Below are positions 9,741-20,847 of a stretch of 64,000 nucleotides of DNA, one piece after another. Source of the DNA: Pseudomonadota bacterium (GTDB lineage: Bacteria; UBA10199; 2-02-FULL-44-16; JAAZCA01). The number at the start of each line of letters is the position of its first letter. Positions within the stretch are counted from its first letter, which is position 1. The notes beneath the pieces were generated by a model that worked only from the letters and a program-made list of their open reading frames with translations, searched no databases and was not told the DNA's origin. The stretch spans positions 1-64,000 of the forward strand of contig JAZDOG010000103.1 in assembly GCA_043798915.1 (NCBI GenBank), read 5' to 3'. A program made the translations under genes and the position numbers.

Positions 9741-10160
9741 TCAAGCACTCTCCTTTTTCAGGCGTCCAGCGAGCACGTGGCTCGCTATGACTATGTTGCG
9801 CTGGCCATACTGCTGGATGAAGGTCACCGTGTCGGCAAGGTCGGCGTCCGGTTTCATGCTGGCCATCTTTATTAACATCGGGAGGTTGAAGCCGGAGACC
9901 ACTTCGATTTTCTGCGGTTCCAGAAACGAGAGGCATATGTTCGACGGAGTGCCGCCGAACATGTCGGTCAGGATCAGCACCCCGCCGCCGCGATCGGTGT
10001 TTTTGATGGCGTCGGCGACCTGCTGCCTGATCGATTCCGGAGGATCGTTTGAGTTGACGGCTACGCCGCAGATGTGATCGGCATCCGGAAAGATGCGCCT
10101 GGCCGCAGTCACCATCTCGCAGCCGATGTTTCCATGAGACACTACGACGATTCCGATCAT
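9741..10160 (-). CDS. PTS EIIA, mannose/fructose family
   Basis: IGIVVVSHG, GVLILTDMFGGTPSN, GFNLPML. Confidence 0.93.
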   Translation of the reverse strand: MIGIVVVSHGNIGCEMVTAARRIFPDADHICGVAVNSNDPPESIRQQVADAIKNTDRGGGVLILTDMFGGTPSNICLSFLEPQKIEVVSGFNLPMLIKMASMKPDADLADTVTFIQQYGQRNIVIASHVLAGRLKKESA

Positions 10161-10163
10161 TCA

Positions 10164-11129
10164 CTACTCCAGTTTGTCCAGGACCTCTGCCCTGTGTTCC
10201 GCCGCGACTATCTCGGCGGTGAGCTTCTCCTGGAACTCCCGGGCCGAGTGGTGCCCCCCAAGTTTCAGAAGGTGGTTCCTCGCCGCCACCTCGATGATGG
10301 CGGATATGTTGCGGCCGGGCCTCACAGGTATCTGCACGAGGGGGAGGGAGACTTCGAGCAGGGTGTGGCGCTGCTCGTCGATCCCTAAGCGGTCGTATTC
10401 CAGGTGAGGATCCCATTCCGAGAGTTCCACTATTATCTCGATCAATTTGCGGTCGCGGACCGCAGAGATTCCGAAGAGGTCCCGGATGTTGATTATACCC
10501 AAGCCCCGTATCTCCATGTGGTGGCGGATGATCTCTGAGCCGGTGCCGTAGAGGGTGGAGGGGGGCTGTTTCCGTATGTTGACTATGTCGTCGGCGACCA
10601 GCCTGTGGCCGCGCAGCACGAGGTCGAGCGCGCATTCACTCTTGCCGATGCCGCTTTTGCCGATCATCAGCACGCCCACGCCGAAGACGTCCAGCATCAC
10701 CCCGTGGATGCACGTCGATTCTGCGAGGTTCTCTTCCAGAAAACGCGCAGCCCGGTTGACGAAAGTCGAGGTGAGGAGCCGGGTGCGCATGAGCGGTATG
10801 CCGCACCTGTTGCAGTGCGCGATGAAGGCCTTGGGCGCCTCCTCGTTTCTCGTGATGACGATGCATGTTATGTCGACTTCGCACATGGCCTGGATAATCC
10901 TGGTTTTCTTCGCTACCGGGAGCGAACGCAGAAAGGCCATCTCGGATCTGCCAAAGACCTGCATGCGTCCCGGGTGGAGGTTCGAGGTGTCTCCGGTCAG
11001 TGCCAGCCCCGGCTTCTGTATTCTGGGTATGCTGATCTTCTTTGCCAGCCCCGGCTTCCCCGCCAGGAGCTCCAGGTGGAGACGGTGCTGATCATCTTTG
11101 AGCAGATTGATGACTGGAATGCTGAGCAT
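10164..11129 (-). CDS. hprK: HPr kinase/phosphorylase
   Basis: GKSGIGKSECALDLVLRGHRLVADD, MEIRGLGII, PVRPGRN. Confidence 0.97.
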   Translation of the reverse strand: MLSIPVINLLKDDQHRLHLELLAGKPGLAKKISIPRIQKPGLALTGDTSNLHPGRMQVFGRSEMAFLRSLPVAKKTRIIQAMCEVDITCIVITRNEEAPKAFIAHCNRCGIPLMRTRLLTSTFVNRAARFLEENLAESTCIHGVMLDVFGVGVLMIGKSGIGKSECALDLVLRGHRLVADDIVNIRKQPPSTLYGTGSEIIRHHMEIRGLGIINIRDLFGISAVRDRKLIEIIVELSEWDPHLEYDRLGIDEQRHTLLEVSLPLVQIPVRPGRNISAIIEVAARNHLLKLGGHHSAREFQEKLTAEIVAAEHRAEVLDKLE

Positions 11130-11590
11130 CAGATTTTCCTGTCCTCTTCGGAAATTGCCTTGTACATCTCGTTCGCATCGGCGGCAGCGAGAAGCCCCTC
11201 TCTGAAACGGGCGTCCTTGAGCAGGCGGGAGAGACGCGCCAGTGCTTTCAGGTGCTGGCCGGCTGCGAACTCCGGGGCCAGGAGGACGAAGAAGAGATGG
11301 GTCGGTTTGGCGTCGTGTGCGTCGAACTCGATTCCACGGCTGCTCCTCCCGCAGGCTACGATGATCTTTTCCAGGCCCGGGACCTTGCCGTGGGGGATCG
11401 CGATGCCGTCCTGGATGCCGGTGCTGCCGAGCTTCTCCCTCTCTGTGATTATATCGGCGAGCGTCTTCGCATCGAGCGAGCCCATGGAGGCGGAGATGTT
11501 CTTCGCAAGCTCGTCTATCACTTCCATCTTTGTGGTCGCCTTCAGCTCGTGCCAGACCATATCAGGCCGAAGGACATCGGTCAGGTGCAT
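11129..11590 (-). CDS. ptsN: PTS EIIA(Ntr)
   Basis: REKLGSTGIQDGIAIPHG; position in the rpoN operon. Confidence 0.93.
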   Translation of the reverse strand: MHLTDVLRPDMVWHELKATTKMEVIDELAKNISASMGSLDAKTLADIITEREKLGSTGIQDGIAIPHGKVPGLEKIIVACGRSSRGIEFDAHDAKPTHLFFVLLAPEFAAGQHLKALARLSRLLKDARFREGLLAAADANEMYKAISEEDRKI

Positions 11591-11624
11591 AGTGTGTTTA
11601 GCCTCTTCAGGTCAGCGGGTCGGG

Positions 11625-11933
11625 TCATTCTCCTTTATGTCCCTTGCGGCGCTCCTTCGTCCGGCTCATCTGGTTCTTGATCTTGTCGACGGCGCTGTCG
11701 ATGGATGTGTACATGTCGTTGCTGTGGGCCGTCCCGACGTAGCGGCCGCCCTTCACGTTGAGCGTGATCTCGGCCACCTGGTTGGCGCCGTCGATGTTGA
11801 AGATCACGTGCGCCGAGGCCGGCTGTATCAGATATTTATCCAGTCTCGTGAGCTTGTCGAAGGTGTGATCGCGCAGCGCATCCGTAGAGTCCATGTTCCT
11901 GAACGTGAATGTCGTTTCGAGTTCGCTTATCAT
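11625..11933 (-). CDS. hpf: Ribosome hibernation promoting factor (short form)
   Basis: TFRNMDSTDALR...DMYTSIDSAVDKI; immediately downstream of rpoN. Confidence 0.9.
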   Translation of the reverse strand: MISELETTFTFRNMDSTDALRDHTFDKLTRLDKYLIQPASAHVIFNIDGANQVAEITLNVKGGRYVGTAHSNDMYTSIDSAVDKIKNQMSRTKERRKGHKGE

Positions 11934-11968
11934 AATGGTTTCCAAGCCTCCTTTTTAGAAAAAGCGGT

Positions 11969-13444
11969 TCAATCCATCCTTCTGCGCCTTGAAGAGGGGA
12001 GTATCCGGAGGGCCTCCCGATATTTGGCAACCGTCCTCCGTGCCATGTCTATATTCCGCTCCTTGAGCTTCAGGGCGATCTCCTGGTCGGAGAGCGGCTT
12101 GTGCGGATTCTCTTCGTCGATCAGCTTCTTCACCATGAGCTTGACCACCTCCGATGCCACTCCGCCGCCCTCGAGCTGGTGGACGCCGCTGTTGAAAAAG
12201 AACTTGAGTTCGAAGATGCCGCGCGGCGTATGCATAAACTTGTTGGCCGTCACCCGGCTGATCGTCGACTCGTGCATCTCGATGTCGTCGGCCACATCCT
12301 TGAGGACCAGGGGCTTCAAGGAGCCGACGCCTTTGTCGAAGAAATCACGCTGGAACTTGACGATGCTCGTCGCGACCCGGTGGAGCGTCCTCTGCCTCTG
12401 GTGGATGCTCTTGATGAGCCAGACGGCGGAGCGCAGCCTCTCCTGGATGTATTCCTTTGTCTGATTGCCGACGGCTGAACCGCGCATCAGCGCGCGGCGA
12501 TAGAAGTCGCTGACCCGGAGCTTCGGCAGGCCGTCTTCGTTCAGCAGGACCGTGTAGCCATCCGTTGATTCCTGCACATAGACGTCGGGCGTGATGTACT
12601 GCGGCGCCTCCTGGTTGAAAGGGCGGCCGGGCTTGGGATCGAAGGCGGAGATGAGATGGACCAGGTCCCTCACTTTCTCCAGGGGCAGATCCATCTTCTT
12701 CGCGATGCCGGCATTGTCGTGCCGCTCGAGCTCCGGCATACACTCATTAATGATCCGGGCGACTGGCGCATTGTCGTGGCCCAGATGTTTGGCCTGAAGG
12801 AGGAGGCACTCTTTCACATCCCGCGCAGCCACGCCCGTGGGATCGAATTCCTGCACGCGCCGGAGGACATCGTCCACCTCTGAGATCAACGCGGCCACCT
12901 TGGCTGCTATCTCCTCGGATGTGGCCTGAAGATAGCCGTCGTCGTTCAAGTTGCCGATGATCTCGGTGCCGATCTCCTGCTGGCGCGGCGTCATGGATGA
13001 GAGGTGAAGCTGCCAGAGGAGATGATCGTGCAGGGATTCAGTCTGTGAAACGACGTTTTCGTAGGTCTGCGACTCATCGCCGCCCGAATCGCGCTCGGCG
13101 GAATAGCCGGGGGCATTATAGGCGTCGAGGTAGTTCTCCCAGTCAAAATTGGCAGGCTCCTTGAGGGCGCCGTCCTGGGTGCCGACCTCGTCCGAGGCGT
13201 GTTCGTGCCCCCGATCTTCGGTCTTGGCCTGTTCGTGCTTCTCCGCGTTCGACTGCTTCTCAGCTTCGCCGTCCTCGTTTTCGTTTTCGCCGTCTTCGAG
13301 GACCGGGTTTTCCGTGAGCTCCGTCTGTATGAGCGTGGCGAGTTCGAGCCTTGAAAGCTGCAGGAGCTTTATAGCCTGTTGGAGCTGCGGGGTCACCACG
13401 AGCTGCTGGGACAACCTCATGCTCTGTTTGAGTTCTAGTGCCAT
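11969..13444 (-). CDS. rpoN: RNA polymerase sigma-54
   Basis: TPQLQQAIKLLQL N-terminus, HESTISR, ARRTVAKYRE RpoN box. Confidence 0.99.
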   Translation of the reverse strand: MALELKQSMRLSQQLVVTPQLQQAIKLLQLSRLELATLIQTELTENPVLEDGENENEDGEAEKQSNAEKHEQAKTEDRGHEHASDEVGTQDGALKEPANFDWENYLDAYNAPGYSAERDSGGDESQTYENVVSQTESLHDHLLWQLHLSSMTPRQQEIGTEIIGNLNDDGYLQATSEEIAAKVAALISEVDDVLRRVQEFDPTGVAARDVKECLLLQAKHLGHDNAPVARIINECMPELERHDNAGIAKKMDLPLEKVRDLVHLISAFDPKPGRPFNQEAPQYITPDVYVQESTDGYTVLLNEDGLPKLRVSDFYRRALMRGSAVGNQTKEYIQERLRSAVWLIKSIHQRQRTLHRVATSIVKFQRDFFDKGVGSLKPLVLKDVADDIEMHESTISRVTANKFMHTPRGIFELKFFFNSGVHQLEGGGVASEVVKLMVKKLIDEENPHKPLSDQEIALKLKERNIDMARRTVAKYREALRILPSSRRRRMD

Positions 13445-13453
13445 GTAGCTCTA

Positions 13454-13482
13454 ATGATAAAACTCCGGGGATAAAAAGTCAA
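13454..13482 (-). promoter_or_regulatory. sigma70-type promoter of rpoN
   Basis: TTGACT-N17-TATCAT, 9 nt before the ATG. Confidence 0.55.
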
Positions 13483-13530
13483 TGCGGGCGAGGCGAGATT
13501 CTATTGCCTCCAGAGCGGGCAAAACGGGTT

Positions 13531-15255
<1,725 letters not shown>

Positions 15256-15678
15256 TTAGCGCTTCGAATACTGCGGGCGCCTGCGCGCCTTGCGCCGGCC
15301 GACCTTGCGGCGCTCTTTCTCACGGGCGTCGCGAGTGAGAAGGCCGTCATTCTTGAGCGGCTTTCTGAGATCCGGATTCATCGTGATGAGCGCCCTCGAT
15401 ATGCCGTGGCGCACCGCTCCTGCCTGGCCCGCAATGCCGCCGCCTTTCACATTTGCGACGATGTCGAATTTGCCCGCCGTGCCGGTCACCTCGAACGGAC
15501 GGTTGACCGCCATCTGCAGAGTGGGGCGTGGAAAGTAAGCCACCATCGTCCTGTCGTTTATCGTGATCGTCCCCGTGCCGGGCTGCAGCCGGACCCTCGC
15601 GATCGAGCATTTGCGCTTTCCGGTCGAGAGGAACTCCGTCCGTTTCTTGTCTTTCACATGGGGGATTATCTGTGTCAT
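15256..15678 (-). CDS. rpsI: 30S ribosomal protein S9
   Basis: GKRKCSIARV, GGGIAGQAGAVRHG, C-terminal QYSKR. Confidence 0.98.
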   Translation of the reverse strand: MTQIIPHVKDKKRTEFLSTGKRKCSIARVRLQPGTGTITINDRTMVAYFPRPTLQMAVNRPFEVTGTAGKFDIVANVKGGGIAGQAGAVRHGISRALITMNPDLRKPLKNDGLLTRDAREKERRKVGRRKARRRPQYSKR

Positions 15679-15699
15679 GTTTTGATTCCTTATCAGCGC

Positions 15700-16131
15700 T
15701 TAACTGGCAGCTGTCAGCTGTGCCTCATGCGGATGCTCGGTGCCTGGATATATCTTCAGCTTCCTGATCAGGTGTCTGGAGAGACGGTTCTTCGGAAGCA
15801 TGCCCCACACCGCATCGCGCAGGATCCACTCAGGATGTTTTTCCAGCTGCTTCTCGGCGGTGATCGACTTCATGCCGCCCGGATAGCCGCTGTGATGATG
15901 ATATTTTTTGTCAGCCCACTTCTTGCCTGTGAAGCGCACCTTCGCGGCGTTCACAACGACGACGAAATTGCCGTTGTCGACGTTGGGGGTGAAGGTGGGG
16001 CTGTCCTTCCCGCGGAGCAGGTCGGCGATGTGGGATGCGATGCGGCCCACCACATGGCCCTCGACATCCACGGTGACCCATCCGCGCTTCGCGGTCTGAG
16101 TTGTTGCCAAAGTAGTCTTCTGGCGTTCCAT
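15700..16131 (-). CDS. rplM: 50S ribosomal protein L13
   Basis: LRGKDSPTFTPNVD, HHSGYPGG, GMLPKN. Confidence 0.98.
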   Translation of the reverse strand: MERQKTTLATTQTAKRGWVTVDVEGHVVGRIASHIADLLRGKDSPTFTPNVDNGNFVVVVNAAKVRFTGKKWADKKYHHHSGYPGGMKSITAEKQLEKHPEWILRDAVWGMLPKNRLSRHLIRKLKIYPGTEHPHEAQLTAAS

Positions 16132-16235
16132 AGTTATCTCATAAGTTGTTGATTTACAAAGAAAAACACTTCTACCCTTAAGGACGCGGCAATCTATCGG
16201 ACATGGCGGTCAAAAGTCAAGTCAAAACGTGACCT

Positions 16236-17390
16236 TTACGCCACCGGTGAAAGCTCGCGGAGACGCTTTATTATTCCAGGCATTTTCTCCAGTATAAGGT
16301 CGATCTCCTCGCCCGTGTTGTAGCGCGACAGGGAGAAGCGGATGGAGCCGTGCGCGCGGGTGAAGGGGATGCCCATGGCGATCATCACGTGCGACGGATC
16401 GAGCGAGCCGGAGGCGCAGGCCGATCCTGAAGATGCGCAGATCCCGAATTCGTTGAGCAGGAGCAGTATCGCCTCGCCCTCGACCGCCTCGAAGCCTGTG
16501 TTCGTCGTGTTCGGCAGCCTGTGTTCGGCGTCGCCGTGGACGTAAACCCTCGGTATCGATTCAATGATTCCGCGTTCCAGTCTGTCGCGCAGCTTTGTCA
16601 TCTGTGCGCACTCCGTCTTCATCCCGGCCATCGCAAGCTCTGCAGCCTTTCCCAGGGCGACGATCGAGGCGACATTCTCGGTGCCCGCGCGCCTGCCGCG
16701 CTCCTGGTGGCCGCCGACGATCAAAGGTGAAAACGGCGTCCCGCGCCTCACGTACAGCGCGCCGATTCCCTTCGGCGCATGCAGCTTGTGGCCGGAGATC
16801 GCCAGATACGAGATCGGAGTCCTCTTCAAGTCGATCGGTATCTTGCCGGCGGCCTGCACCGCATCGACGTGGAGCGGGATGCCTCGCGCGGCGCATATCT
16901 CCGCGATCTTCTCGATTGGGAAGATGACCCCGGTCTCGTTGTTAGCCCACATGATTGAGGCCAGCGCCGTGTCGTCGGAGAGGGCGGCTTCGAATGCGGC
17001 CATGTCCAGGCGCCCCAGGTTGTCCACGGGTATGAATTTCACGTCGTAGCCCTGCTTGGCCAGGTCCTTCGCGCGGTTGAGGACCGCGGGATGCTCGACC
17101 GAGGATGTGGCTATTCTGCGCTTTTCGGGCGCGGCAGCGAGGGCTGCATGGAAGGCGGCGTTGTCGCTCTCGGTGCCGCAGCTCGTGAAGATGATCTCGC
17201 TTACGCGCTCTGCTCCGATGAGGGCGGCCACACGTTCGCGCGCCAGGTCCAGGTGGCGGGCCACTTGTCCCCCGAAGGTGTGCATGCTCGACGGATTGCC
17301 CCACATCTCCTTGAGGAAGGGGAGCATGGCGTCGATCACCTCAGGCGCAACCCGCGTCGTCGCGTTGTTGTCGACATAGATGGTATTCAT
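16236..17390 (-). CDS. nifS: Cysteine desulfurase NifS
   Basis: YVDNNATT, SGHKLHAPKG, SSGSACASG; start at 17390 overlaps the nifU stop. Confidence 0.95.
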   Translation of the reverse strand: MNTIYVDNNATTRVAPEVIDAMLPFLKEMWGNPSSMHTFGGQVARHLDLARERVAALIGAERVSEIIFTSCGTESDNAAFHAALAAAPEKRRIATSSVEHPAVLNRAKDLAKQGYDVKFIPVDNLGRLDMAAFEAALSDDTALASIMWANNETGVIFPIEKIAEICAARGIPLHVDAVQAAGKIPIDLKRTPISYLAISGHKLHAPKGIGALYVRRGTPFSPLIVGGHQERGRRAGTENVASIVALGKAAELAMAGMKTECAQMTKLRDRLERGIIESIPRVYVHGDAEHRLPNTTNTGFEAVEGEAILLLLNEFGICASSGSACASGSLDPSHVMIAMGIPFTRAHGSIRFSLSRYNTGEEIDLILEKMPGIIKRLRELSPVA

Positions 17391-18259
17391 GACGCGTGCA
17401 CCTCCTTCACCAGTATGTCGCGCGAGACGACCCTGCGCAGTTCCTTTTCGATGAACTGCCGCATGGTGCGCGTGGAGGAGGGGCAGGTCGCGCACGCCCC
17501 CTTGAGGCTCACCGTCACGACGTTGTGATCGATGTCGACGAGCTCGATGTCGCCGCCGTCCTGGCGGAGGGCGGGCCGGATGCGCTCTTCGATGATTCCC
17601 TCGATCAGGCGGATTCGCTGCAGGTTTGTAAGATGAGCGCCCTCTGTATCCATAGTTGCAGGTTCATCTGCGGCCTTGGCGGCGTGGGCCTCCCGCTTTT
17701 CGCCGATGCTGTCCAATATCTCCTGGATGCGGTCGTGGCAGCCGCCGCAGCCGCCGCCGGCCTTCGTGTAATTGGTCACCTGCTGGGCGCTCGTGAGCCC
17801 GTTTTCGAGCGCCACGCGCCTTATTTCCTTTTCGGTCACGCCGTAGCATTTGCAAACCACCTCGCCGTTCAACTGCCTCACGCCCGTGCCTTCCTTGTGG
17901 TAGAAGGCGATCGCTGCTTCGAGGGCCTCGCGGCCCATCACGGAACAGTGCATCTTCTCTTCAGGGAGGCCTCCGAGGTATCGCGCGATATCGCGGTTGG
18001 TGATCGATGAGGCCTCCTCGAGGGTCTTTCCCTTTATCATCTCCGTGAGGGCGGAGCTCGAGGCGATTGCCGAGGCGCAGCCGAATGTCTTGAACCTCGC
18101 GTCTGCGATCCTGCCATCCTTATCCAGTTTGAAGGTCAGGCGGAGCATATCGCCACAGGCGAGAGAGCCGACCTCGCCGATCCCGTCCGCGCCCTCAATC
18201 TCGCCGACGTTCCGCGGATGCAGAAAATGATCGACGACCTTTTCAGTGTAGTTCCACAT
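17387..18259 (-). CDS. nifU: Fe-S scaffold NifU (IscU + BFD + Nfu domains)
   Basis: MWNYTEKVVDHF, CGD, GCASAIAS, KMHCSVMG, VCKCYGV...GCGGC, GACATCP. Confidence 0.97.
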   Translation of the reverse strand: MWNYTEKVVDHFLHPRNVGEIEGADGIGEVGSLACGDMLRLTFKLDKDGRIADARFKTFGCASAIASSSALTEMIKGKTLEEASSITNRDIARYLGGLPEEKMHCSVMGREALEAAIAFYHKEGTGVRQLNGEVVCKCYGVTEKEIRRVALENGLTSAQQVTNYTKAGGGCGGCHDRIQEILDSIGEKREAHAAKAADEPATMDTEGAHLTNLQRIRLIEGIIEERIRPALRQDGGDIELVDIDHNVVTVSLKGACATCPSSTRTMRQFIEKELRRVVSRDILVKEVHAS

Positions 18260-18274
18260 GCTGCGATCCTCCTT

Positions 18275-18300
18275 TCATCCTGAGCGCAGCGAAATATCCC
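18275..18300 (+). repeat. Short GTCATxCTGAGCGxAGCGAAG-type extragenic element
   Basis: 22/26 identical to the reverse complement of 34360-34385. Confidence 0.55.
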
Positions 18301-18416
18301 GTGTCATCAGGGGGTGCCCCACCTTAACGTAAACGTCGACCAATACTCAAGTATAAACACACTATCACAATGCGTTAAAATACGCGTTGATAAGTATAAA
18401 TATTTAATTATAAAGA

Positions 18417-19091
18417 TTATACTCTGCGTGCACCTGATGGAATTTCAAAGCGACCCATTCTGGAGGCAAAAATATCGATCATGGACTGCGTGTAGCCAAG
18501 GACGTTCGGCACATATCCCTGCGTTTCACGGAAGGGCGGAATTTTATTTCCGTACTTTTCGACGTTGCCCTCGCCGGCGTTGTATCCGGCGATGGCGAGA
18601 TCGAGCTTCCCGTTGAATCGGTTCAGGAGGAAGCTGAGATAGCGGGTTCCGCCGTCGATGCTCTGGACCGGATCGAAGGGATTTGTCACGCCGAAGCGGC
18701 GCGCGGTTGCCGGCATCAGCTGCATGAGGCCGCGGGCGCCGGCAGGGGATACGGCCCTCGGATTCCCGCCCGACTCCTGGAGCATGACGCCGCAAATCAG
18801 CTCGACAGGGACGCCGTATTTTTTCGCAGCGCCCTCGATGAGCGGGGCGTAACGGGCCAGGCGCTGGGCCTGAACCGATGTGATCGATTTTGCCCTTCCG
18901 AGCCTGCTGGGGGGCTGATAACGGCGGCCTGCGCGAGGGGCAGCTGCCTGGCGCTTCTTCTCACTCTTCTCCTCCACGCCACGGGAGAGCCGTTCGGTAA
19001 ATGACGCGCCAGTCGCATTCGACGCCTGCTTGTAGTCGATATAGCGGCTGAAGTGTTCGACCAGCGTCTTATTTTTAACCGCTTCGCTCAT
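18417..19091 (-). CDS. Lytic transglycosylase (SLT domain) without signal peptide, CwlQ/YjbJ-like architecture
   Basis: QESGGNPRAVSPAGARGLMQLMP and GYNAGEGNV motifs; polar, non-hydrophobic N-terminus. Confidence 0.92.
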   Translation of the reverse strand: MSEAVKNKTLVEHFSRYIDYKQASNATGASFTERLSRGVEEKSEKKRQAAAPRAGRRYQPPSRLGRAKSITSVQAQRLARYAPLIEGAAKKYGVPVELICGVMLQESGGNPRAVSPAGARGLMQLMPATARRFGVTNPFDPVQSIDGGTRYLSFLLNRFNGKLDLAIAGYNAGEGNVEKYGNKIPPFRETQGYVPNVLGYTQSMIDIFASRMGRFEIPSGARRV

Positions 19092-19120
19092 GGTGCCTCA
19101 GGACGCATTTCCTCATATAC

Positions 19121-19150
19121 ATTATCGGTTGAAGGGATAGCAGAAGTTGC
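19121..19150 (-). promoter_or_regulatory. sigma28/FliA-like promoter motif
   Basis: GCAACTTCTG-N12-CCGATAAT; the same two boxes occur at 25091-25118. Confidence 0.65.
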
Positions 19151-19203
19151 TTGTGATTATATATTTTATCCAACTTGTTGAATTTAAAACATTATTTAAG
19201 ACA

Positions 19204-20829
19204 TTACTCCCCATTATTATAGTGTCCTGGAGGCGCTGGCGGAGGCGGAGTGGGGGGTGCGGGCATCACTTGCTGCGGGGTTTGTGAAGCCGGCGGGGTG
19301 ATATAGAAGAAGCGCTGTTCCTTGAGCTCCTGCCTCGATAGTTTGTCGCGAATGGTTAGAGTAACAGTGTAGCGTCCTGATTGGGCGTTTTCGGGAATCG
19401 TTATGTTGTTTTCAAAGCGGATCGGCTCTTCCTGCACAAGATACTGGTTGAAGTCGTTGATGTTCTCGAGCTTGAGCCCCACCGAGTCATCCGGATAGCG
19501 GATGTTGAGATCCTCCTGCAGCCAAACGTGGTTTTTATCGCGTTTGAAACCGGTCACCTCGAAGATGATGAAGAGCATCTCTCCAGGCTGGAAGAAGGAG
19601 GGCGAGCGGGTTGAGGCTGGATCGCCCGCTGCGAAGGAAAAGTTTTTGGTCATCAGGTTCGTGGGTGCGGCCCTCGAGCTTGCACCTGGTCCACTCAAGT
19701 CGATCGACGGAAGGAAGTTCACCTGGAAACTGCCTCCGAGAAAACTGTCGCGATTTTGAAGGCCGGCGTAGAGCATCGCTGCAGAGATGACGAGGACTGC
19801 CGCAAGCCCCGCAAGCCCACTCCATTCGCGCGGCGCCTTTATGACGACCGTGCCGGCGGCCGAATCTCCCGGACGCTGGCGCCTTACGGAGAAGAGGGAT
19901 GTCAAAAAACCCCAAGGGTTCGTGTCGAAAGCCCGCCATACCGTGCGGACGACCGCCGAAGAAAGATCGATCGCGCTGCCGTCCTCGTGGCAGATCGTAA
20001 ACCCGAGCGCCCACTTGCCGGGCGAGGTCTTCGTGATCCATTCGGGCACCGCAAAGAATGCCAGGATGGCCGCGGGCGCCATGACGACGAGCATCATGCT
20101 CACCAGCGGATGATCCGGGTTCAGGAGCAGCGCGTAGCCTAAGAGAAACGCGGCGAGCATAGCGGTATCTATGGCGAAGGCCACCGCGCGCTCGGATGCG
20201 CTGGCCACTATGTCGAGCGACATGGCATGCTGGCGCGGCGGGTTCGCAAGCTTCTTGAGGACCAGGGTGCGCCCGATGATGTCCCCCAGGCGCGTGTGCC
20301 ATCCCGTCCACTCCATCAGCGCCGTCATGATGAGGAGAGGGGCAAGCGCCATGTCGATCGGGCGCAGGATATTGCGCAGCAGCACGGAGACAAAGCCCGC
20401 ATATCCGCCGTCGACGGAGCGGACAGTCAGATTGCAGAGGAGCTTTCCGGGGCTTCCCATGAATGCCATCTCGGGGATGACAAACCACAGTAGGGCGATG
20501 AGCAGGAATATCCCGTTGAAGATGATCCCGTTTGCGCCGGAGGCGGGGATAGGCCCTGCAGCGGAGCCTAAGGCGATCGTCCGGTAGGAGATCAAAGCGA
20601 TCCAATAGATGATGTAGAGGAACACGCCGTCGAGCAGGAGCGCGGCAAAGCGGTCCTTGAGGCTGGCTATTGCCGGCCCTGCATCGTATCTGGGCGATGA
20701 GGCTTTTGGATGACGCTTGGGCTCATCTCTCTCAGTCGCCGGCTCCTGTGGATTGTCGGCAAAGCTGGGCTCGATATCGCTAACGTCTATCAGATTGGTT
20801 ATTTCAGCATCTCCTGTCTCATTTGGCAT
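19204..20829 (-). CDS. Membrane protein with two RDD domains, an extracytoplasmic beta-rich domain and a Pro-rich tail
   Basis: RFAALLLD...SPGK...RLGD and RAVAFAID...SPGK...RPGD repeats. Confidence 0.85.
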   Translation of the reverse strand: MPNETGDAEITNLIDVSDIEPSFADNPQEPATERDEPKRHPKASSPRYDAGPAIASLKDRFAALLLDGVFLYIIYWIALISYRTIALGSAAGPIPASGANGIIFNGIFLLIALLWFVIPEMAFMGSPGKLLCNLTVRSVDGGYAGFVSVLLRNILRPIDMALAPLLIMTALMEWTGWHTRLGDIIGRTLVLKKLANPPRQHAMSLDIVASASERAVAFAIDTAMLAAFLLGYALLLNPDHPLVSMMLVVMAPAAILAFFAVPEWITKTSPGKWALGFTICHEDGSAIDLSSAVVRTVWRAFDTNPWGFLTSLFSVRRQRPGDSAAGTVVIKAPREWSGLAGLAAVLVISAAMLYAGLQNRDSFLGGSFQVNFLPSIDLSGPGASSRAAPTNLMTKNFSFAAGDPASTRSPSFFQPGEMLFIIFEVTGFKRDKNHVWLQEDLNIRYPDDSVGLKLENINDFNQYLVQEEPIRFENNITIPENAQSGRYTVTLTIRDKLSRQELKEQRFFYITPPASQTPQQVMPAPPTPPPPAPPGHYNNGE

Positions 20830-20847
20830 ATCTTCACCCCGTTTGGC

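Noticed and set aside
9466..10635. 389-aa ORF suggesting a long HPr fusion
   Set aside because: Only the last 89 aa are HPr; the rest overlaps EIIA and hprK in another frame.
10605..12464. 619-aa plus-strand ORF and similar long antisense ORFs (8022-9314, 13438-14820, 41979-43142, 989-2089)
   Set aside because: They lie opposite clearly identified genes in GC-rich DNA; shadow ORFs.
16192..16221. Third sigma28-like motif before rplM (GACTTTTG-N10-CCGATAG)
   Set aside because: Better explained as a sigma70 promoter, TTGACT-N17-TAGATT.
16236..18259. Nitrogen fixation implied by nifU/nifS
   Set aside because: No nifHDK in the window; NifUS serves as a general Fe-S assembly system in many non-diazotrophs.
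18328..18356. IscR/Rrf2-like site upstream of nifU (ATACTTGAGTATTGGTCGACG)
   Set aside because: Only a weak resemblance and poor symmetry; cannot be supported.
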